A DNA stretch of 64,000 nt. Origin: an uncultured Gemmatimonadaceae bacterium (GTDB lineage: Bacteria; Gemmatimonadota; Gemmatimonadetes; Gemmatimonadales; Gemmatimonadaceae). A model generated the notes under the pieces. It saw only the letters and a program-made list of their open reading frames with translations, ran no database searches and was not told the origin of the DNA. The stretch lies in contig CAWFQK010000004.1 in assembly GCA_963817955.1 (NCBI GenBank), positions 576,001 to 640,000 of the forward strand. The letters are read 5' to 3'. The translations under genes and the position numbers were made by a program. This document shows, one piece after another, positions 27,687 through 36,811 of the stretch (its first letter is position 1; each line of letters starts with the position of its first letter).

Positions 27687-29687
27687 TCAATAGTCGAAGA
27701 TCAGTCGGACGAGAGTTCCGGTGGGTACTATCTGCCCCGCCGCGGGGTTGGTCGTTCCCGAACCGCCGCCGGCCTGAGCGAGGTCTATGCGAAAGCCGGC
27801 ATTGTGCAACGAACGCACCGCATCGCGGAGTGTGAGCCCGCGCACATCGGGCACTGCGTGCAAGATACGAGGAGCCGGCTCGGGGCGAGACGCAGGCAAC
27901 GTCACCACGAACGGCACGTTGACGGCACTGTCCCGGGACGACTCCACGACCGCGGTGCGGACGGGGACCGTTGACGCCGGTGTTGCCGCGTGCCCAGCCG
28001 AAGCGTTCCGCGCCGTATCCGTGCGCAATGGCATGACGCTCGACGCCAGCTTGGCGCGGTCGAGCGCGGCGTCGCGCGCGGCGACCGCCGCTTGGAGAAT
28101 GGCCTTGGTGACCGGAGCAGCTGTTTGCGCCGCGAAGATGGAGCTCTGTGGGGCTGTCATTTTCACGACGATCACATACTGCGGCGCGTCCCCCGGGAAC
28201 AACCCAACGAAGTTCGGATTGTACCGGCCGGCGACGTACCGACCGTGAACCGTGCTACGCGGCGTTCCCGTCTTTCCTGCGAGCTTGTAATTGTCGAGTG
28301 CAGCCTCGAGCGCCGTGCCTTCATCGACCACGTCGAGGAGCATATGACGCACCTTGTCAGCCACGGGTTTTGACGTCACCCGCCTGACCACGCGCCGCTC
28401 GTGCTTGTACCGGACGGAGCCGTCGGGCGCGATGATCTCCTTGACCAGCGCCGGCTCGATGAGCTCTCCCCCGTTGGCGAAGACTGCATATGCAGCGGCA
28501 AGTTGCAAGGGCGTAACCGAGACCTCATACCCCATTGCCATGGAGTTGGCCGACTGCAGTGACCAGCTCTTCGGAGCGCGCAGGACACCGCCGGATTCGG
28601 TGGGATACGGCAGCCCCGTCGGCGTACCGAACCCGAAATCGCGCAGTGTCTCGAATTCCTCGCGAGGGGTGAGCCGCTGGGCGAACTTCACGATCCCGAT
28701 GTTGCTCGACCAACGCAGTACGTCGGCCAGCGACGCTCGACCGATATGATGCTCATCACGGATCGAGCGGCCGTTGATCTCATATACTCCGTTTCCCGTG
28801 TCCACGGAATCGGCGTCCGAAACGCGACCACGGTCGAGCAGTCCGGCGGCGAGAAAGGGCTTCATCGTCGAGCCGGGTTCGAACGGATCGGTAATCACGG
28901 TAGCCGATGTCTGCCGCGGATCCAGCCGGCGGCTGGCCATGGCAAGGATGTCACCCTCATGCGGATCGAGGATGACGATGTCGCCCCCCTCGGCACCCAT
29001 GCGCACGACCGCATCGCCAAGTGCTTTCTCGGCGATCTCCTGGAGGTCGGCATTGATCGTGAGAACGACGGTGTTGCCCTTCACTGGCGCGGTGCCTGGC
29101 GCGATGGGCGACTCGCGGCTCTGGCCTTTCGAGTCCTTGAATATCGTGGCGTTGCCGGGCGTGCCCCGCAGGATGGAGTCGAGCGACAGCTCGAGACCAT
29201 CGACCGGCTTGTCGTCCGCGTCCACGTGTCCCACGATCCCCTGCGCGCCCTGCGAGGCAGCGTACGCGCGCGCGATCATGTTGTACGAGTGCACGCCGCG
29301 GAGCATCGTGGCCGGCGCGGCATCCACGGCCAGGAACCGGCCGGGAACGGTGAGATACCGCACCGATGGATTCAGTGCTCTGGCGATCAGGGAACGATCG
29401 ACGGGTAGGCTGGCCAGTGCCGAACGCAGTTTGCCCGGTTCATTCACCTCGCGCGGCGCTATCTCCAGCCGTACCATTTCCCGGCTCTGCGCCAACACGC
29501 GGTGCGTGGCATCGAGAATCTCGCCACGCGGAGCGGGCACCGTTCGCGCCGAGGTCTGTTGCCGCTCCGCGCGCGCCAGCCAGACATTGCCGTGCACGAG
29601 CTGCACGCTCGCCGCCTTGATCACGATGGCCAACGCGAACACCGCGAGAACGGCGTGCGCCAGGCCGATCCGGCTAGGGCGAATCAT
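27687..29687 (-). CDS. ftsI: Class B penicillin-binding protein (FtsI) with C-terminal PASTA domain
   Basis: EPGSTMK (SxxK), SSN (SxN), GKTGT (KTG) and the VPDVRGLTLRDA PASTA repeat. Confidence 0.93.
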   Translation of the reverse strand: MIRPSRIGLAHAVLAVFALAIVIKAASVQLVHGNVWLARAERQQTSARTVPAPRGEILDATHRVLAQSREMVRLEIAPREVNEPGKLRSALASLPVDRSLIARALNPSVRYLTVPGRFLAVDAAPATMLRGVHSYNMIARAYAASQGAQGIVGHVDADDKPVDGLELSLDSILRGTPGNATIFKDSKGQSRESPIAPGTAPVKGNTVVLTINADLQEIAEKALGDAVVRMGAEGGDIVILDPHEGDILAMASRRLDPRQTSATVITDPFEPGSTMKPFLAAGLLDRGRVSDADSVDTGNGVYEINGRSIRDEHHIGRASLADVLRWSSNIGIVKFAQRLTPREEFETLRDFGFGTPTGLPYPTESGGVLRAPKSWSLQSANSMAMGYEVSVTPLQLAAAYAVFANGGELIEPALVKEIIAPDGSVRYKHERRVVRRVTSKPVADKVRHMLLDVVDEGTALEAALDNYKLAGKTGTPRSTVHGRYVAGRYNPNFVGLFPGDAPQYVIVVKMTAPQSSIFAAQTAAPVTKAILQAAVAARDAALDRAKLASSVMPLRTDTARNASAGHAATPASTVPVRTAVVESSRDSAVNVPFVVTLPASRPEPAPRILHAVPDVRGLTLRDAVRSLHNAGFRIDLAQAGGGSGTTNPAAGQIVPTGTLVRLIFDY

Positions 29688-30000
29688 GTTTCGCGGACGG
29701 AACCGATGATGATGAGCGTTTCAGAAATACCTGCTGCTCAGGCTTCGGAATGTGCATGTGCAACTGCTGCTCGGCGATCGGCTGCAGCCGGGCACGGCTC
29801 GACGCATCGCGAATCTGGCCCTCGAGCCGGATGCGATCGGCCACGATCGCATCGCGCGTGCGTTGCAGATCACGAAGCTCGACCTGTTGCTTCACGCCAA
29901 GGACCCTCCGCCATATGACGCCCGTGGTGACCAGGACGAAACCAACGAGCACCAGCGCGATGAAGGATCGCTTGCCAGGGGCTACTCGGCGTTTTGCCAT
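29674..30000 (-). CDS. ftsL: FtsL-like cell division protein
   Basis: Basic N-terminus, single TM and a leucine-zipper coiled coil, located between rsmH and ftsI. Start trimmed to ATG 30000. Confidence 0.72.
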   Translation of the reverse strand: MAKRRVAPGKRSFIALVLVGFVLVTTGVIWRRVLGVKQQVELRDLQRTRDAIVADRIRLEGQIRDASSRARLQPIAEQQLHMHIPKPEQQVFLKRSSSSVPSAKHDSP

Positions 30001-30911
30001 GCACGCAGCTTCGCGCTTCGCGCGCGAGGATTTCGCAGAATTTCGTCCTGTGAGGCGATGAGCGCCCGGCGGGTGAGCGTGGTACCGAGGGCACGGCCGC
30101 GGCAGGTGCAGACCGGCATCTTCGGCGGACAGATACACGTGGCGCTCCAGTCGCGGAACGCGTTCTTCACGATGCGATCTTCCCCTGAATGATAAGCGAT
30201 CACCGCCAAGCGGCCACTCGGCGAAAGCCGGTCGCGCAACGCCGGGAGCGCCCGCGTGAGACCCGGGAGCTCGTCGTTCACGGCAATGCGCACCGCCTGG
30301 AAGAGCCGTGCGAAGTCACCCGCGCCGCTCCGCGCCCCGAGGACGGCGCGAATGGCTCCCACGAGGTCGTCACTCGTTTCGAACGGTTTGGTGGAGCGAC
30401 GACGCACGATCTCGCGCGCCAGACGGGCGGCGCGTGGTTCGTCGCCGAACTCCGAAAAGAGGCGGGTGAGCGTGGCCTCGTCTTCATCGTTGAGGATGTC
30501 GGCGGCACTCTGCGCCACGTCGTCACCCATGCGCATGTCGAGTCGGGCGCCCGGCCGAAAGCTGAATCCCCGATCGGTTTCGTCGATCTGGTGGGACGAT
30601 ATACCGAGGTCGAGCAGGATGCCATCGAACACCAGCCCATCGAGCGCGGGCAGGTCGTTGATGGTGGCGTAGTTCGATTGCACCGCGCTGAATTTCCCCG
30701 AGGCGGCAAAATCATGGAGTCGGAGCGCCGCCGCCGCGAGAGCGTCAGGGTCGCGATCGACGCCAACCACGGTCTGGACGCCAGCCTGGAGCATGGCGAG
30801 GCTGTGCCCGCCGCCGCCGAGCGTGCAATCGAGAACCCGACGACAGTCGCGGAAGATCTCGATGATCTCGGCAGCGAGCACAGGCGCGTGATATGCGCTA
30901 GCGAATGACAT
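29982..30911 (-). CDS. rsmH: 16S rRNA m4C1402 methyltransferase
   Basis: YHAPVL, DCTLGGGGHS, DLGISSHQID, LDMRM, FQAVRIAVNDEL, HSGEDRIVK and NPRARSAKLR. Start trimmed to ATG 30911. Confidence 0.96.
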   Translation of the reverse strand: MSFASAYHAPVLAAEIIEIFRDCRRVLDCTLGGGGHSLAMLQAGVQTVVGVDRDPDALAAAALRLHDFAASGKFSAVQSNYATINDLPALDGLVFDGILLDLGISSHQIDETDRGFSFRPGARLDMRMGDDVAQSAADILNDEDEATLTRLFSEFGDEPRAARLAREIVRRRSTKPFETSDDLVGAIRAVLGARSGAGDFARLFQAVRIAVNDELPGLTRALPALRDRLSPSGRLAVIAYHSGEDRIVKNAFRDWSATCICPPKMPVCTCRGRALGTTLTRRALIASQDEILRNPRARSAKLRAWQNAE

Positions 30912-31731
30912 GACTTCCAAGCATATCACCCTGATCGTCCCTTGTGCACGAGCCGGCCGCGCTGACGTTCGAAACCTCGTGTGCTGGGTACGGGAGAGGG
31001 GCCACCTCGTCGATGTCCATACCACGTTCGAGGCCGGGCAAGCCACCGCGATCGCCGCCGATGCCGCGCAGCAGGGTGTCGACGTCGTGGTCGCCGCAGG
31101 CGGCGACGGCACCATCAACGAAGTGGTCAATGGGCTGGACGGGTACGACGTGCCACTCGGAATCATCCCGCTGGGCACGACGAATGACTTTGCGCGTCAG
31201 GTTGGGGTCCCGGCAGATGCCGATCATGCGATGGATGTTATCCTCCACTCCAAGCCTAGACGACTCGATACGGCTTCGCTCAACGGCCGTCGTTTTCTCA
31301 ACGTGTCCGTCGGCGGCGTGGCATACGCGATCAGCGGCGTGCGCAAGCTAGCCGATTTTCGGGTCAGCGACGCACGCTTCCATGGCGTCGGATTTTGTTA
31401 TGAAGGCCCCTTTCTCATGTTCGCCGTCGGGCTCGTACGATCGACGGGCGGCGGCACGGTGCCTCCCAGGGCATTTGCTACCGACGGCCTGCTCGATCTC
31501 TGCATCGTAGAGCGCATGTCGCGTAGCGAGTTCGCGCGCACGATGTCCAAGGTGAAGCGTGGCGAACATGTTGGACATCCAGGGGTCCACTACGTCCAGC
31601 TCGGTTCCGTGACTATCGAGGCCGGCGAGGGCATCGCCGTGGACGTGGATGGCAAGATCTCGAATGCGCAACGGCTGACCTACCGGGCGCAGGCGCGCGA
31701 CCTCTGGGTCCACATGGCGCATCTGCCGTAA
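30910..31731 (+). CDS. YegS/DgkB-family lipid kinase-like protein, apparently degenerate
   Basis: GGDGTINEVVNGL, IPLGTTNDFAR and DGLLD are present. The DGE motif reads DGK and a short internal segment appears missing. Confidence 0.8.
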   Translation: MTSKHITLIVPCARAGRADVRNLVCWVRERGHLVDVHTTFEAGQATAIAADAAQQGVDVVVAAGGDGTINEVVNGLDGYDVPLGIIPLGTTNDFARQVGVPADADHAMDVILHSKPRRLDTASLNGRRFLNVSVGGVAYAISGVRKLADFRVSDARFHGVGFCYEGPFLMFAVGLVRSTGGGTVPPRAFATDGLLDLCIVERMSRSEFARTMSKVKRGEHVGHPGVHYVQLGSVTIEAGEGIAVDVDGKISNAQRLTYRAQARDLWVHMAHLP

Positions 31732-31748
31732 GAGCCGGGACACGGGAC

Positions 31749-31785
31749 AAAACAAAAAGCGCCCGCGGGTCAATTCCGCGGGCGC
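31749..31785 (-). terminator. Intrinsic terminator for the TPR gene (possibly bidirectional)
   Basis: GCGCCCGCGG-loop-CCGCGGGCGC stem followed by TTTTTGTTTT on the minus strand. Confidence 0.75.
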
Positions 31786-31812
31786 CCTCGTACGTGTGGC
31801 CAGCTGCAATGG

Positions 31813-33552
31813 CTACTTGCCGCAGTAGGCCTTCTTCATCTGCGGGATGTAATCCGCGTACTTTTGGATGTTGCCCATGATCGAGCCGGCCGCTTCCGTG
31901 TTGTACGAGCCGCCCGCAGGCATCGCCACTTGCGCCGTCGCCCACTGATCCTCGGCCACCTTGGCTTCGGCGCAAGCATTCGCCTTGGAATCCTTGGCCT
32001 TCTCCGCGCCGACCTTCTGCGCGTTCTGCAAGGCATCGAGGCCAATCTGGAACGAGCTCAGTCCGATGTAGAATTTCGTGGCCGGGGATGCGGCAATGGC
32101 ATCCGCTGACTGCGCCGACTTCAATGCGGCCGCCCAGTCCTCACGGGTCTTTGATTCCTGGGCCTTCTTGACGGCGGCGCCCACGGGTGCCAGCAGGGCT
32201 TGACCCAATGCTTCCTTGTCGGCGCCGCCGGCGACCGCACGCTTTGCCAGCGCCATCGCAGTGTCCGGCTGGTTCATGTCGTTCGCGGTCACGATCGCGA
32301 ACAGCCAGGCATTCGCATTCTTCGGCTCGAGGGTGGCAGCACGAAGTGCTGCGTCGAGCGCCTGTTGGAGCTGGCCTTGCTTGCGATAGGTCTGGGCCAG
32401 CAGGATCTGCAAGCTGGCGTCCTGCGGGAACTTCTGCGCCGCGCGCGCCGTGTACAACTGGACTGCCGTGGTATTGCTATCCTGCTGCGCAGCGCCGATC
32501 TGGCGTTGGAAGAAATCGAGCGACGCCGCCACGGTGTCGGCCTTCACGTACTCGTCGCCGGCCGCCATTGCCTGTTTGAACTTGCCCGCCTTGAGGAGGA
32601 GCAGCCACTTCGTGTGAAGCATCTGCGGATCGCCCGGATTATTGGCGAGCAGCGAGTCGATGATCGGCAACGCTTTGTCGGGTGCGCCGGACTGTGCGAG
32701 CCCCTGGATGATTGCCGGAACAACGGTCGTGTTGGTGGGATCCGCGCGATAGATGCGGAGGTTGTATTCGATGGCTTTGTCTTTCTCGCCCTTCTGCCCG
32801 TAGGCTTCGGCCGCATTGCTCAGTGCGAGCACACTGGTGGGATCGATCGCGAGCACCGCGTTGGCCACGCTGATGATCGAGTCCGCCGGCGCCTTGTTGT
32901 AGCTATACGCCGAGAGCAGGCACAGACGGTTCAAAGCCGAGTTCGGATATGCCACGAGGCCGAGCCGCGCCTCTTTGGCCGCGTCATCATATTTGTTCGC
33001 GCGCAACGCCTTTGTGCAGAGCGCATACGCAGGCATTGCCTTGAGCGCGTCGGTGAGCGTGCGTTCGAGCAACTTGGCTGCGTCACCCGCATCCTTTCCG
33101 TCCGATGGGGGAAGCGGCTGCGCGAGCGTCTGCGTCCCGGTGCGGCTCAGCACCCGGGCGTCGATTCGAACACCGGTGGGCGTCTTCGTGGCCGTGCCAT
33201 CGACGACGTACTCACCGTGGAGTTGCTTTGCGAGCTCCATGAGGTCCGACGCGTTCAGCGCCGAATCTGGCCGATAGCCGGACGCCTCGAGCGTGGCGTT
33301 GATGTTCGTCTTGGGCACGACAAACAGCTCTTTCGCGCCATGTTCTCCCGCGATGCGTTTGCGGACCTCGTCAGCAGCCTGAACGCCGAGTTGGCGGTCC
33401 GTGCTGTGAAAGGCTGCTACGAGGATATAGGGGGTATCCTGACTCGGGGGTCCCCCGCGCTGGATCTGGGCGGTCTGTGCGTGTAGCGAACTTGCCGCCA
33501 GCGAAAGCGCGAGAAAGCCCGCGGCCGCAGCCGCTTGGCGATGCGTTGACAT
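31813..33552 (-). CDS. Secreted TPR-repeat protein
   Basis: Signal peptide MSTHRQAAAAAGFLALSLAASSLHAQ and several TPR-like repeats (AEAYGQKGEKDKAIEYNLRIYRADP; AQTYRKQGQLQQALDAALRAATLEP). The ORF extension upstream of 33552 overlaps a tRNA and was discarded. Confidence 0.82.
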   Translation of the reverse strand: MSTHRQAAAAAGFLALSLAASSLHAQTAQIQRGGPPSQDTPYILVAAFHSTDRQLGVQAADEVRKRIAGEHGAKELFVVPKTNINATLEASGYRPDSALNASDLMELAKQLHGEYVVDGTATKTPTGVRIDARVLSRTGTQTLAQPLPPSDGKDAGDAAKLLERTLTDALKAMPAYALCTKALRANKYDDAAKEARLGLVAYPNSALNRLCLLSAYSYNKAPADSIISVANAVLAIDPTSVLALSNAAEAYGQKGEKDKAIEYNLRIYRADPTNTTVVPAIIQGLAQSGAPDKALPIIDSLLANNPGDPQMLHTKWLLLLKAGKFKQAMAAGDEYVKADTVAASLDFFQRQIGAAQQDSNTTAVQLYTARAAQKFPQDASLQILLAQTYRKQGQLQQALDAALRAATLEPKNANAWLFAIVTANDMNQPDTAMALAKRAVAGGADKEALGQALLAPVGAAVKKAQESKTREDWAAALKSAQSADAIAASPATKFYIGLSSFQIGLDALQNAQKVGAEKAKDSKANACAEAKVAEDQWATAQVAMPAGGSYNTEAAGSIMGNIQKYADYIPQMKKAYCGK

Positions 33553-33637
33553 CACAGTCTTAACCTCCCAGACGTTGAACTGCTGCACCCCAACATGAAC
33601 GCTCGAGTTCGCGATTTTGACAACCAAATGTTCAAAA

Positions 33638-33711
33638 TGGGCGAAGAGGGACTCGAACCCCCGACATCCTGCGTGTAAAGCAGGCGCTCTAACCAACTGA
33701 GCTATTCGCCC
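33638..33711 (-). tRNA. tRNA-Val (TAC), CCA not encoded
   Basis: GGGCGAATAGCTCAGTTGGTTAGAGCGCCTGCTTTACACGCAGGATGTCGGGGGTTCGAGTCCCTCTTCGCCCA folds into a cloverleaf with anticodon loop TTTACAC. Confidence 0.97.
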
Positions 33712-33731
33712 GGGGGGTGACCTCTCTGCAT

Positions 33732-33902
33732 TTACTTCAAGATTGCAAGCGGTACGAGCACGCAGTAACCGACGGCCAGCAGGATTGGGGCAATCGTTTC
33801 GCCCCCCCGCGCCAAGTCGGCGAATCCAGCGATGATGACGACCAGCGCAATTCCCCACCACATCAAGCCTCGTGTACGAGGCGACGTCTCGATCTCTGCC
33901 AT
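33732..33902 (-). CDS. Small two-TM membrane protein (56 aa), possibly DUF3098-like
   Basis: MAEIETSPRTRGLMWWGIALVVIIAGFADLARGGETIAPILLAVGYCVLVPLAILK, preceded by a strong promoter. Confidence 0.7.
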   Translation of the reverse strand: MAEIETSPRTRGLMWWGIALVVIIAGFADLARGGETIAPILLAVGYCVLVPLAILK

Positions 33903-33911
33903 AGGGAATAT

Positions 33912-33940
33912 AGTGTAGACCGTCCGGGAAAACCTGTCAA
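33912..33940 (-). promoter_or_regulatory. Near-consensus sigma70 promoter
   Basis: TTGACA-N17-TACACT on the minus strand, 9 nt upstream of ATG 33902. Confidence 0.75.
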
Positions 33941-34004
33941 GCAATGTGCTGAAGCGAAGTTACACCGTCATGATCGCTAGATTAGTTCACGATTAAAATG
34001 CCAG

Positions 34005-35108
34005 TCACTCGGGCATTTGGTCCCTTCCCGCGGACGGGTCGTCCCCCCGCAAGAGTGCCTCGATCGCGCTTTCCCGGGCTGCGCGCTCAGCCACTTCATC
34101 CGCGACGCGCATTGCCGCCAGACGCTGCCGATCTCGCTGCCGACGCGCAATATAGAATGGCACGATCAGAACGAGCAGCAACAGACCGCCAATTGCCACG
34201 TTACTCACCAGGGCGAGCGCGCCGTACCGCCGCCGCGTATCGGCCCTCCAACGCGTCTCGAATCCGCTGAGCGTGAGCCCATACGTCGCGCGCATTGCGC
34301 GATCGAGGTCGCCTTCTCGCCGCCACGATTCGAAGAACCGTGACAACCCGCCATCGGGATCGAGCGACGCCAGTTCGACCACCGCGCGGTACGCGAGGGC
34401 ATACGCGTTCTCCGCCGTCGTGGAGCCACCGTTGAGCTGTACATCGAGCTCAGCGAACGTCGGCGACCCGCGCAACGCCAGCGCAATGTTCGCCGCCAGT
34501 GCATCCTCGCGACGCCATTCGCGCGCGGCATAGCTCGCGTAACCTTCATCGAACCAGCGTGGCGGCTGATCGCCGAGGTATTCGTGCAGCGCGAGGTGTG
34601 CGAGTTCGTGTCGGAAGACCTCGCTTGGATCGCCGGCATCCGCGCCGGCGCCGCGGCCCTGCATCACGATACGTCGCGAGTCGGGGAAGGTGATCGCCGC
34701 GCCCCATTCCGGGGCTTCGGGCCCCGCCCATTCGCGGAAACGGCGCGCATCGGGCGCGATCGCCAGCAGCACGTGTTCATGTGGCCGCGGCAGCCCGGGA
34801 AACGTATCGGTGCGCTGCGCCTGCTCGAGCAGCGACGTCGCCAGCACAGCTTCCGTGGGATAGAAGACGGCCGTGAACCGCCCACGATCGATGCGTTTGG
34901 GGGCATCGGCTTGGGACACGGCGCACGAAACACGGGACACGGGAAAAAGCAGCAGGAGTGTTGCGACCGTCGCAGCCAGCCACCGCGTGACGCACGACCT
35001 GCGGAGCAGGTGCCCTACGGTTCGCCCCCCGCCTCCACGGTCTTCAGAACCTCCGCGCACCGTTTTCCCCACGGGGTGAACTTGTTCGCCGCGAAACCGG
35101 CTCGCCAT
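34005..35108 (-). CDS. Peptidase MA-like (gluzincin) membrane protein; true start uncertain, probably near 35010
   Basis: FRHELAH (HExxH) and PRWFDEG, an N-terminal hydrophobic stretch and a C-terminal TM. Confidence 0.8.
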   Translation of the reverse strand: MASRFRGEQVHPVGKTVRGGSEDRGGGGRTVGHLLRRSCVTRWLAATVATLLLLFPVSRVSCAVSQADAPKRIDRGRFTAVFYPTEAVLATSLLEQAQRTDTFPGLPRPHEHVLLAIAPDARRFREWAGPEAPEWGAAITFPDSRRIVMQGRGAGADAGDPSEVFRHELAHLALHEYLGDQPPRWFDEGYASYAAREWRREDALAANIALALRGSPTFAELDVQLNGGSTTAENAYALAYRAVVELASLDPDGGLSRFFESWRREGDLDRAMRATYGLTLSGFETRWRADTRRRYGALALVSNVAIGGLLLLVLIVPFYIARRQRDRQRLAAMRVADEVAERAARESAIEALLRGDDPSAGRDQMPE

Positions 35109-35875
35109 GTCTCGATTGCCTCGGCCCGCTGCCCGTTGAACCAGTACGCGCGACCGAGCTCATAGTACGCCTCGATCAAGTTCGGCCCGAGCGCCAGCGT
35201 CTTCTGGAAGAAGGTCTGTGCATCCTCGAACATGTCACGCTCGAGATACACCAACCCGAGATAGAAGTGCGCATACAGCAGTGCCTTCTTATCATTGCCC
35301 AGCCTGATGGCGCGTGACAGGTGCTCGATCGCTTCGCCGAATATGCCTTTCTTGAGACAGATGTAACCCACGTTGATGCGGGCGAGCGCATTCTGCGGCT
35401 CCCGCACGAGCACTTTCTGAAAATTGAGCAGTGCGTCGTCGAACTTGTCCTGCAGCATCTGCGCCCAGCCCAGCAGTGATTCCGCCTGCGGATCGTTCGG
35501 CGCAAGCTCCAGCGCCTTCATCAGGGCCTGCTCTGCGCCGGCATGGTCGCCGAGCGAAATCTTGCTCCATCCCTTCTCAATGAACGTCGAGGCGCCAATG
35601 TGGTCGGCGTGCACCACGGGCTTTTCACCAATGAACGCGGGCGCGAGCGATGGCTGCGCGCCTTTCACGCCTTTCACGCTTTTCCACGTCTCGACGAGCT
35701 GCAGCACTTCTGCTTTGAGCACGACGAGATCCGTGAGCTCCTGCTCGACGCTCTTGAACAGCACGCCGATATCGGTCTTCAGCGCACTGAGGTCGGCTGC
35801 GGCGGCAGGTGAGGCGAGGCGGACGCGGAGCTCGTCACGGCGCACCCGCAGGGCATCCACCAGCCGCTCAGCCAC
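35015..35875 (-). CDS. Coiled-coil plus TPR protein
   Basis: GTG start overlaps the cheW stop. N-terminal helical segment followed by ~5 TPRs (LGWAQMLQDKFDDALLNFQKVLVREP etc.). Confidence 0.85.
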   Translation of the reverse strand: MAERLVDALRVRRDELRVRLASPAAAADLSALKTDIGVLFKSVEQELTDLVVLKAEVLQLVETWKSVKGVKGAQPSLAPAFIGEKPVVHADHIGASTFIEKGWSKISLGDHAGAEQALMKALELAPNDPQAESLLGWAQMLQDKFDDALLNFQKVLVREPQNALARINVGYICLKKGIFGEAIEHLSRAIRLGNDKKALLYAHFYLGLVYLERDMFEDAQTFFQKTLALGPNLIEAYYELGRAYWFNGQRAEAIETWRAGFAANKFTPWGKRCAEVLKTVEAGGEP

Positions 35876-36353
35876 GAACAGTAACCTCGGCGGCTCGCAC
35901 GGTGCGCTCGAAGACGATGCGATCGGCGGTGGACAGCACACGGTCAACGTCGAGAATCACCACGAGCTGGTCGCCCGTTTTCACGATGCCGCGAACGAAC
36001 TCGGAAGCAAGGCCGCGGAAGAGAGCCGGCGGCGGCGAGACGCTCGTCGCTGGCACCGCGGCCACTTCCAGCACGGCATCGACGATCGCACCGACGCAGC
36101 CATCCGCGGTGTTCAGGACCAGGATGCGCGTGGAGGACGTGACCGGCGTCTCGGGCAGCTCCATGCGTCGACGCATATCGACGGCAGGGATCACCGCGCC
36201 ACGGTGCTCGAACACGCCTGCGATCCACGCAGGCAGATCGGGCACGTTGCTTGGCGCTGCGTAGCGCAGCACCCGATCCACCGCAAAGATGTCGGCGGCG
36301 AACCGGTCCAGCCCCAAGCGGAAGGTGACGAGCTTCACGACGTCGGTCTTCAT
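35868..36353 (-). CDS. cheW: Chemotaxis coupling protein CheW
   Basis: LVTFRLG, GVFEHRGAVIPAVDMRRR, GAIVDAV and LVVILDVDRV. Confidence 0.92.
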   Translation of the reverse strand: MKTDVVKLVTFRLGLDRFAADIFAVDRVLRYAAPSNVPDLPAWIAGVFEHRGAVIPAVDMRRRMELPETPVTSSTRILVLNTADGCVGAIVDAVLEVAAVPATSVSPPPALFRGLASEFVRGIVKTGDQLVVILDVDRVLSTADRIVFERTVRAAEVTVRG

Positions 36354-36811
36354 GCGATCTCTCCTGGCCCTTCACCCGTCAAAACGGACACGGCCGCCAC
36401 CGCCAGCAACGCGTCCGCGTTGAGCACCGCGATCAATTCTGCTCCACGACGGACGACGCCCGCCAGCATTCCATCCGACGACTGATTGCCCGGCACGGCG
36501 AGCAGCTCCCGGGCCTCGACAGTGATTGCGTCCTGCACATCGTCGACGGCGAAGCCGGCTCGCCGTTCATCGCGTGCGAATAGCAGCAGCACCCCATCCG
36601 CCCGTCCGCCGACGTTCAGGAGCGACCGGGGGTCATATATGGTGACCAGCGCGCCGCGAATAGCCGCGATACCGAGGACCGATGGCGGCGCGTCGGGGAC
36701 AGGATGCATCGCCGGCAAGTCCATCACTTCTTCCACGGATGCCAACTCGACGGCAAAGCGCTCGCGTCCCAATCGAAAGACGAGAAGCCGCGCCGCACCG
36801 TCACGGAACAT
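36350..36811 (-). CDS. cheW: CheW-domain protein (divergent)
   Basis: LLVFRLGRERFA, VPDAPPSVLGIAAIRG and GFAVDDV. Start at ATG 36811. Confidence 0.85.
   Translation of the reverse strand: MFRDGAARLLVFRLGRERFAVELASVEEVMDLPAMHPVPDAPPSVLGIAAIRGALVTIYDPRSLLNVGGRADGVLLLFARDERRAGFAVDDVQDAITVEARELLAVPGNQSSDGMLAGVVRRGAELIAVLNADALLAVAAVSVLTGEGPGEIA

Noticed and set aside
33600..33720. tRNA-anchored genomic island or prophage
   Set aside because: No integrase, no duplicated tRNA 3' end and no phage genes were seen.
33553..33861. N-terminal extension of the TPR ORF in the ORF track
   Set aside because: It runs through tRNA-Val and the small membrane gene; a signal peptide starts at 33552.
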